Below, one piece after another: positions 25,843 to 38,409 of a stretch of 64,000 nt of DNA. Location of the stretch: contig MU058584.1 in assembly GCA_013265495.1 (NCBI GenBank), forward strand, positions 3,600,508-3,664,507, written 5' to 3'. The notes under the pieces were generated by a model. It made no database searches. It had not been told where the DNA came from and saw only the letters and a program-made list of their open reading frames with translations. Both the position numbers and the translations under genes were made by a program. Each line of letters begins with the position of its first letter. Within the stretch, counting starts at the first letter, position 1. Origin of the DNA: Vicugna vicugna. Lineage: Eukaryota.

Positions 25843-25928
25843 TTTTTTAATGGAGGTAGCAGGGATTGAATCCAGGACTTCGTGCATGATAAGCATGCAC
25901 TCTACCACTGAGCTATACCCCACCCCCC
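25843..25928 (-). mobile_element. tRNA-Ala-derived SINE (camelid vic-1-like)
   Basis: Minus strand reads ggggtatagctcagtggtagagtgcatgcttatcatgcacgaagtcctggattcaatccctgctacctcca plus A-tail, with A and B boxes. Confidence 0.85.
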
Positions 25929-28104
25929 ATTTTCATAGTAAGTATTCAAAATTGAGGGACCCTGGAATACCACAGACCTCTGGAGTTTATTCTCTGGCCC
26001 CTCACAGGTCTCATTTAAACCATCCTAAGTGTCTATACATGCTTGTTTCTCTTGGCAAGAGCTTCGAAAGACATAGTAAATGTCTACTTCGGTACTATTA
26101 CTAATATGTGTCTTTAATAGTCAGTTAAAAACATCAAAAATAAAAGCAAAACCCAGTAGATGGTGAGTGTAAGCATGATCAAAAATTCACTAGTCTTTTA
26201 TCAGTGACTCAAAGCTGATGTGTTAGTAGTCACGTTACAAATTTCCTTTAAAATTTTCTCAGAGAACTCACAAAATCCATGGGGTCTTTGAAGTCTAGCA
26301 ACATTCCATCCTGGTAGGATGATTTGAGATACGAGATTCATTTTCCTTAGCAGGACTTTTTTATGTCTGTAGCCATATGTAAGTGTCACAGCCACATAAA
26401 AATGTCTCGTTCATAGTTTCTTTACTAACTGCAGCATTCCCACTGCCTCACGAAGGTCTCCAGGTAACTGTAATGGGTTAGAGTTGATTTTTAGGCCATT
26501 GCTGCTTTTCCCTTACTCCCAAAGCAAAAATACTCCTCCAAAATACAAGATGAAGAAAGAGTTCTGATGACAGTGCAAAGCCACAGTCATGCTAGCATGA
26601 GAACTTCGAGGAGTAAAGGTTACATATTCCAAATATTCTTCTCAATACAGCAGGACACCAGCAGTCCTGCTGCTTTGGCAACTAGGTGTGGGCAAACCAA
26701 GACGGTGCGATCCAAGCAGTGCGTCCATTCTTGCTTCTGGCCTTTCCCCTCTTCCCAAGTCCTGGCTTTCGCCAACAGGTAAGGTAAGTGATAGGATAAA
26801 GGTTACAAAGTGAGGGAAGGTCTTAAAAGTGCAATTTCAAGAGACTCTAGGGAACTTAGAAAAATGCAGTTTAGAAATACTTCAGAAACATTCCAATGTG
26901 CCCACCAATGGGAGACCTGTGACTTTCCCTGGAGGGGTGGGGGGTGGGGAAAGCATATAGAGCGAAATAAGGAAAGCGTTAAAAGCACAAGGAAAAGAAA
27001 ACGTAACAAGATGACAGAAGAAACACAAATTATATAAGTTAAAGTAAATAAATTAAACTTCCACTTTAAAAAAAAAGAAAAATGCTCATTTGGGTTAAAA
27101 TGCAAATTCAACTTTAGGTTGTTTAAAGGAAACATAAATGATCTGGAAGATTAAGATTAAAATAATTGTTCATGTTATAGCCAGAAAATGTGAAAAAAAT
27201 GCAGAGTTTACTTACATTAAAATAAGATACAAAAGAATTTAAGGCAAAAAATTAAATGGTTTCTACTGAGTAAACAATACAATTCAAATGAATTAACAAC
27301 AGCCATGAACCTGAGGTTCATCTATTGCCCTCCAGATGTGCTGACCCCTGCGATTCCACCAAATGTGGGAAACTCAACTTCAAAATTTGTGGTAGTGGGG
27401 AACGGTGTTCACACTCCCCCCCCCTGAAATTTTTGTCTTTCTAAGAAAGGTTAACTAGATTCTGTGATGTTTTTGGTGGCTTGGTAGCTTTTAATAGATT
27501 AAAGCTCATGCAGAGTTAAGGTGAAAAAAAATAGCCATGAACCTTTATGCCCAAAATTTTACTTTAATATATAAGGTAAAATAAGTTAGAAATCAAGGAA
27601 AACCTAACTAACACCCATTGCTAGTGGCTGCTGTTCACTATGTCATGGTCTATAATTAATAATATCCCTAGAGAGTCTGACAAAATAATATATAAAACCA
27701 ATCTGGTGAAAACTTTAACAATCTAGGATACACAGGACTCTCAAAAAAAGTTATAAAATAAGCTTCACGTAAGATGATCTGACAATCAAAAACTATAAAA
27801 CACATCAAAACATTCTGTCAATAAAAAGTATCAGAAAACAAAATAAGCAGTGTGATTAACTACCCAGGCTGTTTTTCATCCATTTTTCCATATTCAATAA
27901 ATGTATATTCAGTGTCTACGACATGCTAAGCATTGTTCTAGGCACTGGGGATCCAACAACAAAAAACATTCAATTGAGGTAGTCTATAAATAATAAACAT
28001 TTAAATATATAATAGGATGTTACATGTTAAGGATATAAAAAAAGCAATGAAAGGACAAACAGAATGAGATGCAATTTTAGATTGGGTAGTTAAGGAAGAA
28101 GTCT

Positions 28105-28565
28105 TACATTAAGTTCACTCAAAAACCAGAGTCTGAGAGGCTTGTGTGCAGATGGCTTATCTGGGAGGTGATTCCAAGGAACAGGAGTGATGAAACAAAA
28201 AAAGCAGACAAGGAAGGAGAAAAAACCCAATGTAAGTGTGTGTTATTGCTGCCAAGAGCAGCAGGGTTTTGCTTCCTCCCAGAACTCTCTGCACAAAAGA
28301 CATTAGCAAGGGAATTTATCCATCAGCTCCCATCTATCACTGACTGAGGGTTGTCTACAGGGGTGCTACTCCCAGAACGTCCACACTGTATATGTGTATG
28401 GGCCAAGTGTGCTAACACCAGAGTGCTAAGCATTGGAGAAGCCCCTGAACACAAAGTGAGTTACTTGATGGATGAGTTTGAAGCCCATACATACTGTCCA
28501 CTATAGCTGTAGCTGGAACTAGAGATGAAGCAGAGAGGATATGAATCAGAGCACCAGGGGAGTCT
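28105..28565 (-). mobile_element. Old ERVL-type LTR (LTR16/LTR33-like) inserted in an L2 remnant
   Basis: tgcagatggcttatctgggaggtgattccaaggaa resembles a recalled consensus; L2-like sequence on both sides. Confidence 0.5.
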
Positions 28566-29087
28566 GCTAAAAGAGCCCTCCTTGAGTAGGTGACATCTGA
28601 GTAGAGACTTGAAGGAATGGAGGAAGGGAGATTCATGATATCTGGGGGAAGGAGAAAAGAGGCAGAAGGAACACTCGTGTGCATTTGTGATTATGGTGGA
28701 AAACCCTTAAAGAAATGTGAAGAGGGGAATAGTATAACCCAACTCTCATTTAAAAATAATCATCCTAGCTGCTGTGTAGAGAATGGACAGAGTGGAAAAA
28801 CAATCAGATAGAGACTCTAAGGTAAGTGTGCTTAAAATGATTAAAAAGAAAAAAGAAGACATACATCCTTTTAATGTCTTTTTTAGCATGATGTCTTTTT
28901 TATACATGAATATAAAAGACTCTATTTTAAAAAACCACACAGATAATGAAAAATCAAAGAACATTATGATAACTGAAATTATTTAAGGAATTATTTAATT
29001 ATTTCAATTATGATAATTGAAATTATTTAAACAGTAGTTTTGACACAAAGAAGGCAGAATTAGAACATTTAAAAATATGTCTGAGGA

Positions 29088-29238
29088 GAGGGAAAGGGTG
29101 TAGCTCAAGTGGTAGAGCTCATGCTTAGCACACACAAGGTCCTGGGTTCAATCCCCAGGACTTCCTCTAAAAATAAGTAAGTAAAGCTAACTGTCTCCCC
29201 CTATAAAAAAAAATAATAACAAAATACATTTTTAAAAA
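29088..29238 (+). mobile_element. tRNA-Ala-derived SINE (vic-1-like) inserted in a decayed L1 ORF1
   Basis: gggtgtagctcaagtggtagagctcatgcttagc...gggttcaatcccc plus tail. TSD aaaatatgtctgagga (29072-29087) vs aagatatttctgagga (29239-29254). Confidence 0.85.
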
Positions 29239-30541
29239 AAGATATTTCTGAGGAAATTATTCAGAATGCAGCATGGGAAGATAAACGTTTGGAAAGCTAG
29301 GAAAGAGAAATTAACAGGCAGGAAGATTGGAATAAAAAGGTCCAGCATATGTCTAATTGAGTCCCAGTGAGGAAAAATAGAGAAAAAGAGAATAAAAATA
29401 TTTGAAAAGAAAATGGCTGAGATTCTTTTAGACTTAATAAATGATATTCTTATATGCAAGCCACATACCCCAAGCAAAAATCTTAAATCCATGTAATTCA
29501 TCACATTATCAGAATGAAGCAGGAAAACCTTATGATTTCTACAGATGCAGAAAAATCATTTGCTAAAATTTAACATCCATATATGATTTTTCAAACCGTA
29601 GCAAACTAAGAACAAAAGAAAATATCCTTTTACCAAAAAAATAGAAATATGAGAAAAAACAATAGCTAAGCTTTTATTTTTTTTTTTAATGTTTTATTGA
29701 AGTACACATTTATCAGCTCTAGTAGTTTCTGTGTGGAGTCTTTACAATTTTCTCTACATAGTAATATGTCATCTGCATATAATGAAGAATGTCTTGTCTT
29801 TTTAAGCATGGAATTTAAATTTGGCACCATAAATGTGTTAGTATTGTATGGTTTCACAGGAATGAAAACTTCCTGCCATCTGTAGTTATTCAGTGATCAG
29901 CAGGGATGATGACCAAGGTGTCTGGATCCCTGGAAAGCAGGCTCTTTGAGCTCCAGCTCTAGCTGCTACTCACTTTAATAAATCTACAACTTAAACACTT
30001 AAAAGTTTTATGCTTCAGATGTGAACAGTTTGACAAATTCAGGCTAATTGCAATACCCCACAGGATGACTATTTGCAATGAGAAATTGTTGTAATTCATT
30101 CTCAATTTCTGCAACAGTGGAATTATTCTTGTTAATGATCTCAGATTTCTATTAGGTAAGAATAGGGGCTTATTTTTGTGTTAAATACATTCCATTTTAA
30201 AATTTCCTTCTTTATAATCATCTAAGTCCAATTTTCTGCCCTTGGGAATGTGGTAATGGAAGTTTTGTGTCTACTTGACTTTTTTTTAATTTATGAGATG
30301 ACTTTTTTTCTTTCTAGCCTTGATTTGTTTTGTTGTGTAGTCGTTTGCTATTAATATTTCACAATATTCTTAACAGGCTATCCCTAATGAGTAATACTTT
30401 TTAGAAACCAAATTATCCTTTAGTTATTCTTTTTGCATAAGGAAAATATAAATTGTGTAAATTAGCTGGAATGATGTGAAAAATCTTAACCTTTAGCCAT
30501 CTAGTAATTGGCAATATTTCCACCCTTATTCTAAATAATGT

Positions 30542-31425
30542 TAGTGGCTCTCAATCCCCTTTATATCCTTAAAACCATTGAAGACTCCAAAAGAATTCTT
30601 TATGTGAGTTACACCTATTGACATTCCCATATTAGAAATTAAAACTGAGACATTTTAAAAGCATTTACTTGTTTATTTAAGAATGACAATAAACTCAGTG
30701 CCTATTAACATAGACATATTTAATGAAAAATAAACACCTTTTTCAGAAGAAAGAATTTTTGTGTAAAGAGTAGCATTGTTTTTTCATTTTGCAAATCTCT
30801 TCAATGTCTGGTTGACAGAAGACATCTATATATGACAGAAGACATTTTAATATATGCTTCTGTATTTAGTCTGTTCCAATACGTTATTTTCATTGAAATT
30901 TATAAAGGAAATGCAGCCTAACTCGGGCATGGTTGGAAAAAGGAGCATATTTTAATACTCCTTTGCAGATAATTGAAGCTATTCCTCTTTGATTTTAAAA
31001 TAACCCCTTCAAGTGATAGCTTCTTACAGATTATTTGTAGCATAAAATCTGAAACTGCCTCAATAAGCTGTTTGTAGTCTTATTACATTAAAATCCTTCA
31101 GTCTATCTTGCACTTTGAACACATCTGTTAACTATGTATATTTTTGTAGAATCATGCACTGGTTATTTAGAAAATACTGGTTTCCTGAGTTGTCCAGATT
31201 TTCCAAATGTTGACATTATATCATTATACAATATCAAAGAATCACATTTCTCATCAGAAAAGCCTTTAAGTATTGGGAAGCTATCAAGCTTATAGTAACA
31301 AATACATGTTTTCCAATATTTGAATCTTTGCTTGAATGCTGTCACTTTATCATTGACAACAGAGGCTATCAGTTGTTTTCTGTAAATTGACAAGCTTACT
31401 CCATCCAGTTTTTAGAAAATATCTT
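30542..31425 (-). mobile_element. Charlie1-like hAT DNA transposon fragment
   Basis: Recalled Charlie1 end (attagaaattaaaactgaga; tttgcaaatctcttcaatgtctgg). Minus ORF 31163-31393 (DKVTAFKQRFKYWKTCI...DSFPILKGFSDE) looks like a hAT transposase remnant. Confidence 0.75.
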
Positions 31426-31567
31426 CAGGCTATCCCTAGTGAGTAATGCTTTTTACAAACCAAATTATCCCTTAGCTGTTTATTGCATTTACACAATTTA
31501 TATTTTCCAAGTCAAAACAACTGTAGTTTACATGTCAATTCTTCCTTCAAATAAAACTGATGTTTCA

Positions 31568-32512
31568 AACAACCCAATCCAAAAATGGGCAGAAGACCTA
31601 AACAAGCAGTTCTCCAGTGAAGACATACAAATGGCCAATAGACTCATGAAAAACTGCCCAATATCGCTAATCATCAGAGAAATGCAAATCAAAACTACAA
31701 CGAGGTATCACCTCACAGCAGTCAGAATTGCCATCATTAAAAAGTCCACAAGCGACAAATGATGGAGAGGGTGTGGAGAACAGGGAACCCTCCTACACTG
31801 TTGGTGGGAACATAGTTTGGTGCAACCATTATGGAAAACAGCATGCAGATTCCTCAAATAACTAAAAATAGACTTACGCTATGATCCAGCAATCCCACTT
31901 CTGGGCATATATCCAGAGGGAACTCTAATTTGAAAAGATATATGCATCCCAATGTTCATAGCAACACTATTTACAATAGCCAAGACATGGAAACAACTTA
32001 AATGTCCATTGACAGATGACTAGATAAAGAAGGTGTGGTATATTTCTACAATGGAATACTACTCAGCCATAAAAAAGAATAAAATAATGCCATTTGCAGC
32101 AATATGGATAAAAGCAATATGACCTGGAGATTGTCATTCTAAGTGATGTAAATCAGAAAGAGAAAGAAAAATACCATATAATATCACTTATATGTGGAAT
32201 CTAAAAAAGATACATGAACTTATTTACAAAACAGAAACAGACTCATAGATATAGACAACAAAGTTATGGTTACCAGGGGGGAGAAGGAAGGGAGGGATAA
32301 ATTGGGAATTGGAGATTTGCAGATGCTAACTACTATATATAAAATAGATAAACAACAAGGTCCTACTGTATAGCACGGGAACTATATACAATATCCTGTA
32401 GTAACCTATAATGAAAAGGAATATATGCATGTATATGAATGATTGAAATATTATGCTGTACACCAGAAATTAATACAACATTGTAAACTGATCATACTTT
32501 AATTAAAAAAAT
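31568..32512 (+). mobile_element. L1 3' portion (ORF2 C-terminus plus 3'UTR)
   Basis: [25 protein letters not shown]...[13 protein letters not shown] followed by 3'UTR and A-tail. Confidence 0.93.
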
Positions 32513-33139
32513 GACAAAGCAAAAAGAATGTGACCAATGGTATTTTACTCCCAACTGTCTACTCCTTCTCTTGTAAGAGCACTGTACTTCCAGGATATCT
32601 GATGTACCAACATGGGATCCTGCACAGTGTCACTGCAGACCAAGATGACATATCACCACTAACTAGCTGGATGACCTCAGACAAGTTACTTGCCCTCTCT
32701 GAGTTTCAATTACCTCATCTACAAAATGAGGTAATTAATAATAATTGTATTGGTTATAATGCAAATAAAGGCATTAATATATAAGTGCAGTGAATTTTAG
32801 TTCTTTGTCCTATCTTCATGTTTTACTTGGCCTCCCCACCATGAGTTTTCAGGGAGGGGTGGTAGTGAGGGCAGGGCCTGAAACCCAATAAATGTTAGCT
32901 GTTATACTGGAATCATAACTTCCATGAAGACTAAGACCAAATGCAACTTCATGTGCTGACTGATGTCTGGCATTCCACAGTCAAGGTCTCTCTTCCTTTA
33001 TCTTGAAGCTAATGTAGGAAGATTCCACTTTGCTAAAAATGTTTGTTTCAATTGTTTGTCCCCAAAAGAAAGCTACTAGTATATATAAGATTATGTAATA
33101 AAATAAAATAGCTTTCAAAGTTGTAACCTATGGTTGGAG

Positions 33140-33797
33140 AGGAAATAAATAAAACAGAGACCAAAAAAAAGATCAATGAAACCAAGATATCTTTTTGAAA
33201 AGGCTAACAAAATTGATAAGCCTTCAGCTAGGCTCATCAGGGAAAAAAGAGAGACCCAAATAAAAATAAGAAATAAGAGAGCAGAAATTACAACCAATAC
33301 CACAGAGATACTTTTTAAATCATAAGAGAATACTACAAACAGTTATACAGCAACAAATTGGAAAGCCTAGAAGAAATGGACAAATTTCTAGAAAGACACA
33401 ATCTGCCAGGACTGAATCAGGAAGAAACAGACTGTCTAAACAGACTGATCATTAGCAGTGAAATTGAATTCGTCATCTAAAAACTCCCAGCCAAAAAAAA
33501 AAAAAAAACATTCCTGGACCGGACTGCTTCACGGGGAATTCTACCAAACATATAAAGAAGAGCTAATACCTATCCTCAAATTATCCCAAAAGAGTTGAAG
33601 AGGAGGAAACACTCCCAAATTAATTCTACAATACCACCGTTACTCTGATACCAAAACCAGACAAAGACACTACCAAAAAGAAAATTATAGGCCAAAATCT
33701 CTGGTAAGTGTGGATGCAGAAGTCTTCAACAAAATATCAGCAAACCAAATCCAGCAATATATAAAAAGGGTCACATGGGGTTTATTCCAGGGATGCA
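33140..33797 (+). mobile_element. L1 ORF2 internal fragment
   Basis: cctagaagaaatggacaaatttctagaaa; ctgataccaaaaccagacaaagacac; gggtttattccagggatgcaag. Confidence 0.88.
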
Positions 33798-33799
33798 AG

Positions 33800-34771
33800 T
33801 CTGCCCTTATTACCTCTTTCTATATGGTATTTTTGTTAACACATTATAGTAGATATAACTGTTTTCAATATTTTTATTCTTTGACCTTTATCCTATAGCT
33901 AAGTGATTAGCACACCATCCTATTGCAGATGTAGAGTTTTCTAGGTCTGATTGAACGTTTACTTTTACCAGCATGTTGCATACTTTTGTATGTTTTCATG
34001 TCACTGATTAGCTTTTTTTCGTTTCAGCTTGAAGAACTCCTTTTAGCGTTTCTTGCAAGGCAGTTCAAGTGGTGATGAGTGTCCACAGCATTTGTTGGTC
34101 TGGGAAACTTTTTGTTTTACCTTCATAACTTAAAGATAATTGCCAGATAGAGAATTCTTGGCTGGCAATTTCTTTCTTTCAACACTTTGAACATGTCATT
34201 CCTCTGCCTTCTGGTCTGTAGAGTTTCTGCTGAAAAATCTGTTGATAGTCTAATGGGGATCCTTTGCAGGTTACAATATTTTGCCCCCAGTTTCTTTTAG
34301 AATTCTTTATCTTTGGTTTTTGACAGCCTCATTATAATGTGTCTTGGGGTAGGTCTTTTTGCACTGACACAGTAGGGTTAACTGTTAGCTTTACATAGTT
34401 CAATTATCTTTAGCTTTACATAGTTCAGTTATTTCCTTAAATAAATTTTCTGCTCCCTTCTCCCCCTGTTCTCCTCCTAGAACACCAATTATTCAAATAT
34501 TTTTCCTTTTTTATGGATTCCAACAGATTACATAGGATTTCTTTAGTTTTTCACGGTCTTCTCTTTTTCTTTGTTCACCTCTAACTGGGTTATTTAAAAA
34601 TTCCTAGCCTCTAACTCACTTACTCTATCTTCCATTTACTCTACTCTGCTGAAGATGCTCCTTATTGCATTTTCTATCTCATTCATTGAGTTCTTCAGCC
34701 CCAGAATCTCTGTTCGGTTCTTTCTTTCTTTTCTTTCTTTTCTTTCTTTCTTTCCTCTCTTTCTTTCTTTC

Positions 34772-34830
<59 letters not shown>

Positions 34831-36200
34831 TTCTTCCAAATTATATCCATCTCTTTGGAAGAAATTTCATTTTGGTCATATATTCTTTTTGGAGAACTTG
34901 TGGAGTTGTCCTTCTAAGTTTTATCACAGCTTATTAAGTTTCTTTATAACAGGTGTTTTGTATTCTTAGCATTAGCCCACAAAATCCTGTGCCTTTGAGC
35001 TCAGTAACTGGAAAAGTACTATTTTCTTTTTGTGTTGGCTTATTTCCTAGGTTTTTCATATTTCTTGTAGTTTTGTGTTGCTGCTTTTGCGTCTGAAGTA
35101 GCAGACACCTCCTCGATGTTTGCCGGTTGCTTTCAGATGGGCTATTCTGTTCACGTTGTTATTATCTGGGGTTTAATCTGTTTTTGTATTGCTACACCTG
35201 CTCCGCTCTCCTTGCTCCCTCTTGTGGTAGGAGTACTTTTTATGTCTTCTCGGTTCTTACCAGTACTAGGCTGGCTACTGGAATCCTCTCTTTCATTTTC
35301 CAGAAGATGGTGCTATAGTTCAAGTTTGTGTTTTCTTGCCCACAAAGCGTGGCCTGTTTTCTGAATGCTCCTTGTCTACTGGAGCTCTCTGTCTCTCTGC
35401 CTCCTGTGTAAGTGCACACAAGGAGCCAGTGCAGAGTAGGGGAAGGTGTGAGGCTAGCACTGGAGCACTGGAAGTGCCCACAGATCCGATAGAGAGATCC
35501 CAGGGTGCGGTAGCCCAGAGGCTTGTGGGTAGACTGTTTCCTGAGTGCAGTCAGCAGGAATGAAGTCCCTTATCTGCCTCTTTCACAATCTCCTCCCTCC
35601 CCAAGTCATGGAGGTCCCACTTCAGGACTTTGGGTGCTGCTGGAGAGAAATGGGTTTCTCCAGTCACTTCCTGCACAGCTGGGGCAGCCAGGCACTCACA
35701 CTCACCACTATCCTTTTTCCCCAAGGGAAAAGTCACCACCTGGATAGGTCTGCCCTTGTCCCCACCCCCAACAGCGTTGCCTTCTAAGGGGTGAAGGGGC
35801 TAGGAAAGTTCCTCTTACCACCACCTACACTGCAATCAAACTCATTTTTTTTCTAGAATGGGATTCTGGAATGTCTCCTCAGGAAAGATGGACTTCTGCA
35901 AGTTCTCTTTCATGCGTGGGTATCTACCCAGGCCAGCACCCTCCAGGTTTTCTCCTGGCTACGCTGAGAGAGGTCTGGGCAGGTTCGCTGGCTCCCCTGG
36001 TTCCACAGCTCATAGCAAGATCTGTGCACCTATTGCTGGATGCACAGGTGGGCAAGTCTCCTCCCAGATTCCTTGGTGTAGAGCACGAGACCCCACAACA
36101 CCCACAAAGGTGCTTTTGTTCATGGATAGATATGTATTCATTGTTTAAAAGGGAGGATAAAAAGGAGAAACGTTTTACACCATCATGATGCTGACACCAC
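33800..36200 (-). mobile_element. Old L1 ORF1 / 5' region, antisense
   Basis: Minus-strand EILGLKNSMNEIENAIRSIFSRVE resembles the ORF1p coiled coil; gaattcttggctggcaa and gtttctgctgaaaaatctg. The 5' boundary is approximate. Confidence 0.7.
34718..34835 (+). repeat. (TTTC)n microsatellite inside L1 ORF1
   Basis: Seen directly. Confidence 0.95.
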
Positions 36201-36229
36201 TCCAGGCAGCACTTCTGGTGTCTTGTGGA

Positions 36230-36580
36230 GGGACATTAAAGCAGCTGCAGTCAGACAACTGGTTGGCTAGGACTTGGCTTTTTCCTGATGGCCTCATTCA
36301 CAGATCTGGTGGTCAGTTTGGGCTGCCACACCTTGATTCCCCTCCACATCACCTCTCTAGCAGGATAGCACAGACTTGTTTTCTTGGCAGCTGGGCTCCA
36401 AGAGAGCCAGTATCAACACATAAAAGCTTATCCAGCCTCTGCTTGCTTCAGACTTGCTGATGTCCCATTGGTCAACACAAGCCCCAGGGCCAAGTCCAGA
36501 ACTGATGCAGAAGGAGACCACGTGGGGGTGGGTCCTGAGAGGCGGGATGCTCTGGGGCCAGTAATGTAGCAATGTGCCAT
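36230..36580 (-). mobile_element. Old MaLR LTR fragment (MLT1H/I-like)
   Basis: ttgctgatgtcccattggtcaacacaagccccagggccaagtccaga. Confidence 0.6.
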
Positions 36581-37659
36581 ATTCGAGTATGACGCAGCAG
36601 GAGAACTGGGACGGGAAATACCCAACTCCAGCCCCGTCCTCCTGTCTCACTTAAGGGGGAAGGAGGAGAAGCTGAAAAGCACTTGTGAAGGTCAGAGCCC
36701 AGGAACACAAGCTCATTAAAAGGCTGAGACTTAATCACAGCAGCACGGGCTTTACTGATGCCCTTGATGGGTTGTGTCGTAGAAGAGCATTAGGGGTGGA
36801 GAGAAAATAAGATTGGACAACGTTCCAAAGCAAAGTGGAACATGGGCAAAGAAGAGAGAGAGGACAGACAACCTAAAAGGGGCTTGTGGTAAAAGAGAAC
36901 AGAAAAGGTACCTGGAGGGAAACATGACATAAAGAGAGGGTTTTTTCTTTTACTGGGAAATATTGTAACATGCTTTTATGCTTATAGAAGAGACCCAGTA
37001 GATGGTTCATGGGACCTCTATTTCTCTATAACCTTTGCAGGACAACTGTTAACATCTGCTTTAAAGTTTCTCGAGGCCAAAATTCCTTTCCCACACTTGA
37101 AGTTTAGGATTTTAAGGATTCCACCAAGCACGTGCTGAAACGGATCCTAAAATTACTTCAGAAAGAAATGTCTGGCTTTGCCTGCAGGGGCCCTTCCCTC
37201 CAGGTCACTTAGTTTTTGTAATTTTGTCACTGGATGTCAACTCTGCCCCGCGCTGATGCGGATTCCAAAGCACGTGGACTCTTCCTGTTGGCAATAAAGA
37301 CACCAGCATCTCAGTCTCTCGTTAGCAAACTGTCTCCTTCTGAGCTCCTAGCAAATCTTGGCTGGTAGCAGTGACATTCAGAGAAGACTGACCGACAAGT
37401 TAGCTTTCAGCTACTCCTCTAAATTCTCTAAATTCACTCCTTACATCAAAATTTGGACACCTAACAGATAAACAGTGTCATCCGTTTATCACTTCACTGG
37501 GTCATCTTTACTGAGTTACATTTCAGTGTTATTCCCGCCACTTTTCCTAAGAAGCAATCATATTCAGGAGTTACATGTGTGTCAGGAGAATCTCACGTGA
37601 CTTTTATTCTTTCCCATGAGTCAAAGTTTTTTTTTTCCCCTCCTAAGAAAAGAAGTTTC

Positions 37660-38370
37660 TGTCTGACATGGAATGGGGTTAGAAATGGTTGTTCCTGTCC
37701 TCCAAAGAAAGCAAGCTGAACAGACTGAAAATCAACAACCTTTCTTAGCTCCGTGAGAAAACTGAGGTCACAAGGCAAGTCGTCACTGAAAATTACAGAG
37801 AGGCAGGTGAACACAGAGTCACAGCTTCCTGGGGGCAGAAGCCCACTGCTGGAGCCAGTAATGGGCAGAAAGGCTTGCTGGAAGCGCAGTGTGGACCTGC
37901 TAGAAGTTACAAATCCCAGGAGCCCCATGTTAGCGGAGCCTTAAACATTCATAAGATTTACCTTCAGGAACCCCTCTGGGTCCTCAGAGTAGAGATCAGA
38001 GAAAATTATCCTCATGTTTCTGACAAGGGGAGAGGACAAGTAATTATTTTGAAATAAATCCATAGCATTCTGTTCTTTTTAACAAAATCCTGCCCTCAAG
38101 AGAAACTATTTAACCAGAGCCTAACCAACTTAGGTTTTACCAGAGCCCAGCTGACCTGAGGAAAGGGAAATAACCAGCTCAAGCCCCCTCGTCCTGTGTC
38201 ACTTCAGGGGCAAGGAGTGCGACAGACGCTGGGGAGCACCTGAGAGGGTCAGAGCCCTCTTTTCATGGCTCATTAAAAGACTGAGACCTAATCGCGGGAT
38301 CCTAGAATGCTTCTCCTCCCCCCGTATCTTAGCATCGCATCATTTGGGCTCCTAATAACAGAGTCGGCAG
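37660..38370 (+). mobile_element. Old L1 5'UTR fragment
   Basis: aagctgaacagactgaaaatcaacaacctttcttag...gaaaactgaggtcacaaggcaa. Part of it (38160-38295) recurs at 36612-36740. Confidence 0.55.
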
Positions 38371-38409
38371 AAAAGCAAATAAAAAACAGGTATTTATGAT
38401 CAATTGCTA

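Noticed and set aside
25234..25869. 211-aa F/S/L-rich ORF resembling a membrane protein
   Set aside because: It is the translation of the TTTC/TTCC microsatellite, which cannot contain stop codons.
25843..25928. Possible tRNA-Ala genes (also 29088 and 49299)
   Set aside because: Broken stems, A-rich tails, TSDs on two copies and multiple diverged copies indicate SINEs.
34636..34969. K/E/R-rich and F/L/S-rich ORFs
   Set aside because: Microsatellite inside a decayed L1 ORF1.
33140..36200. Single twin-primed (5'-inverted) L1
   Set aside because: The two parts look very different in age and I found no shared TSD; more likely separate insertions.
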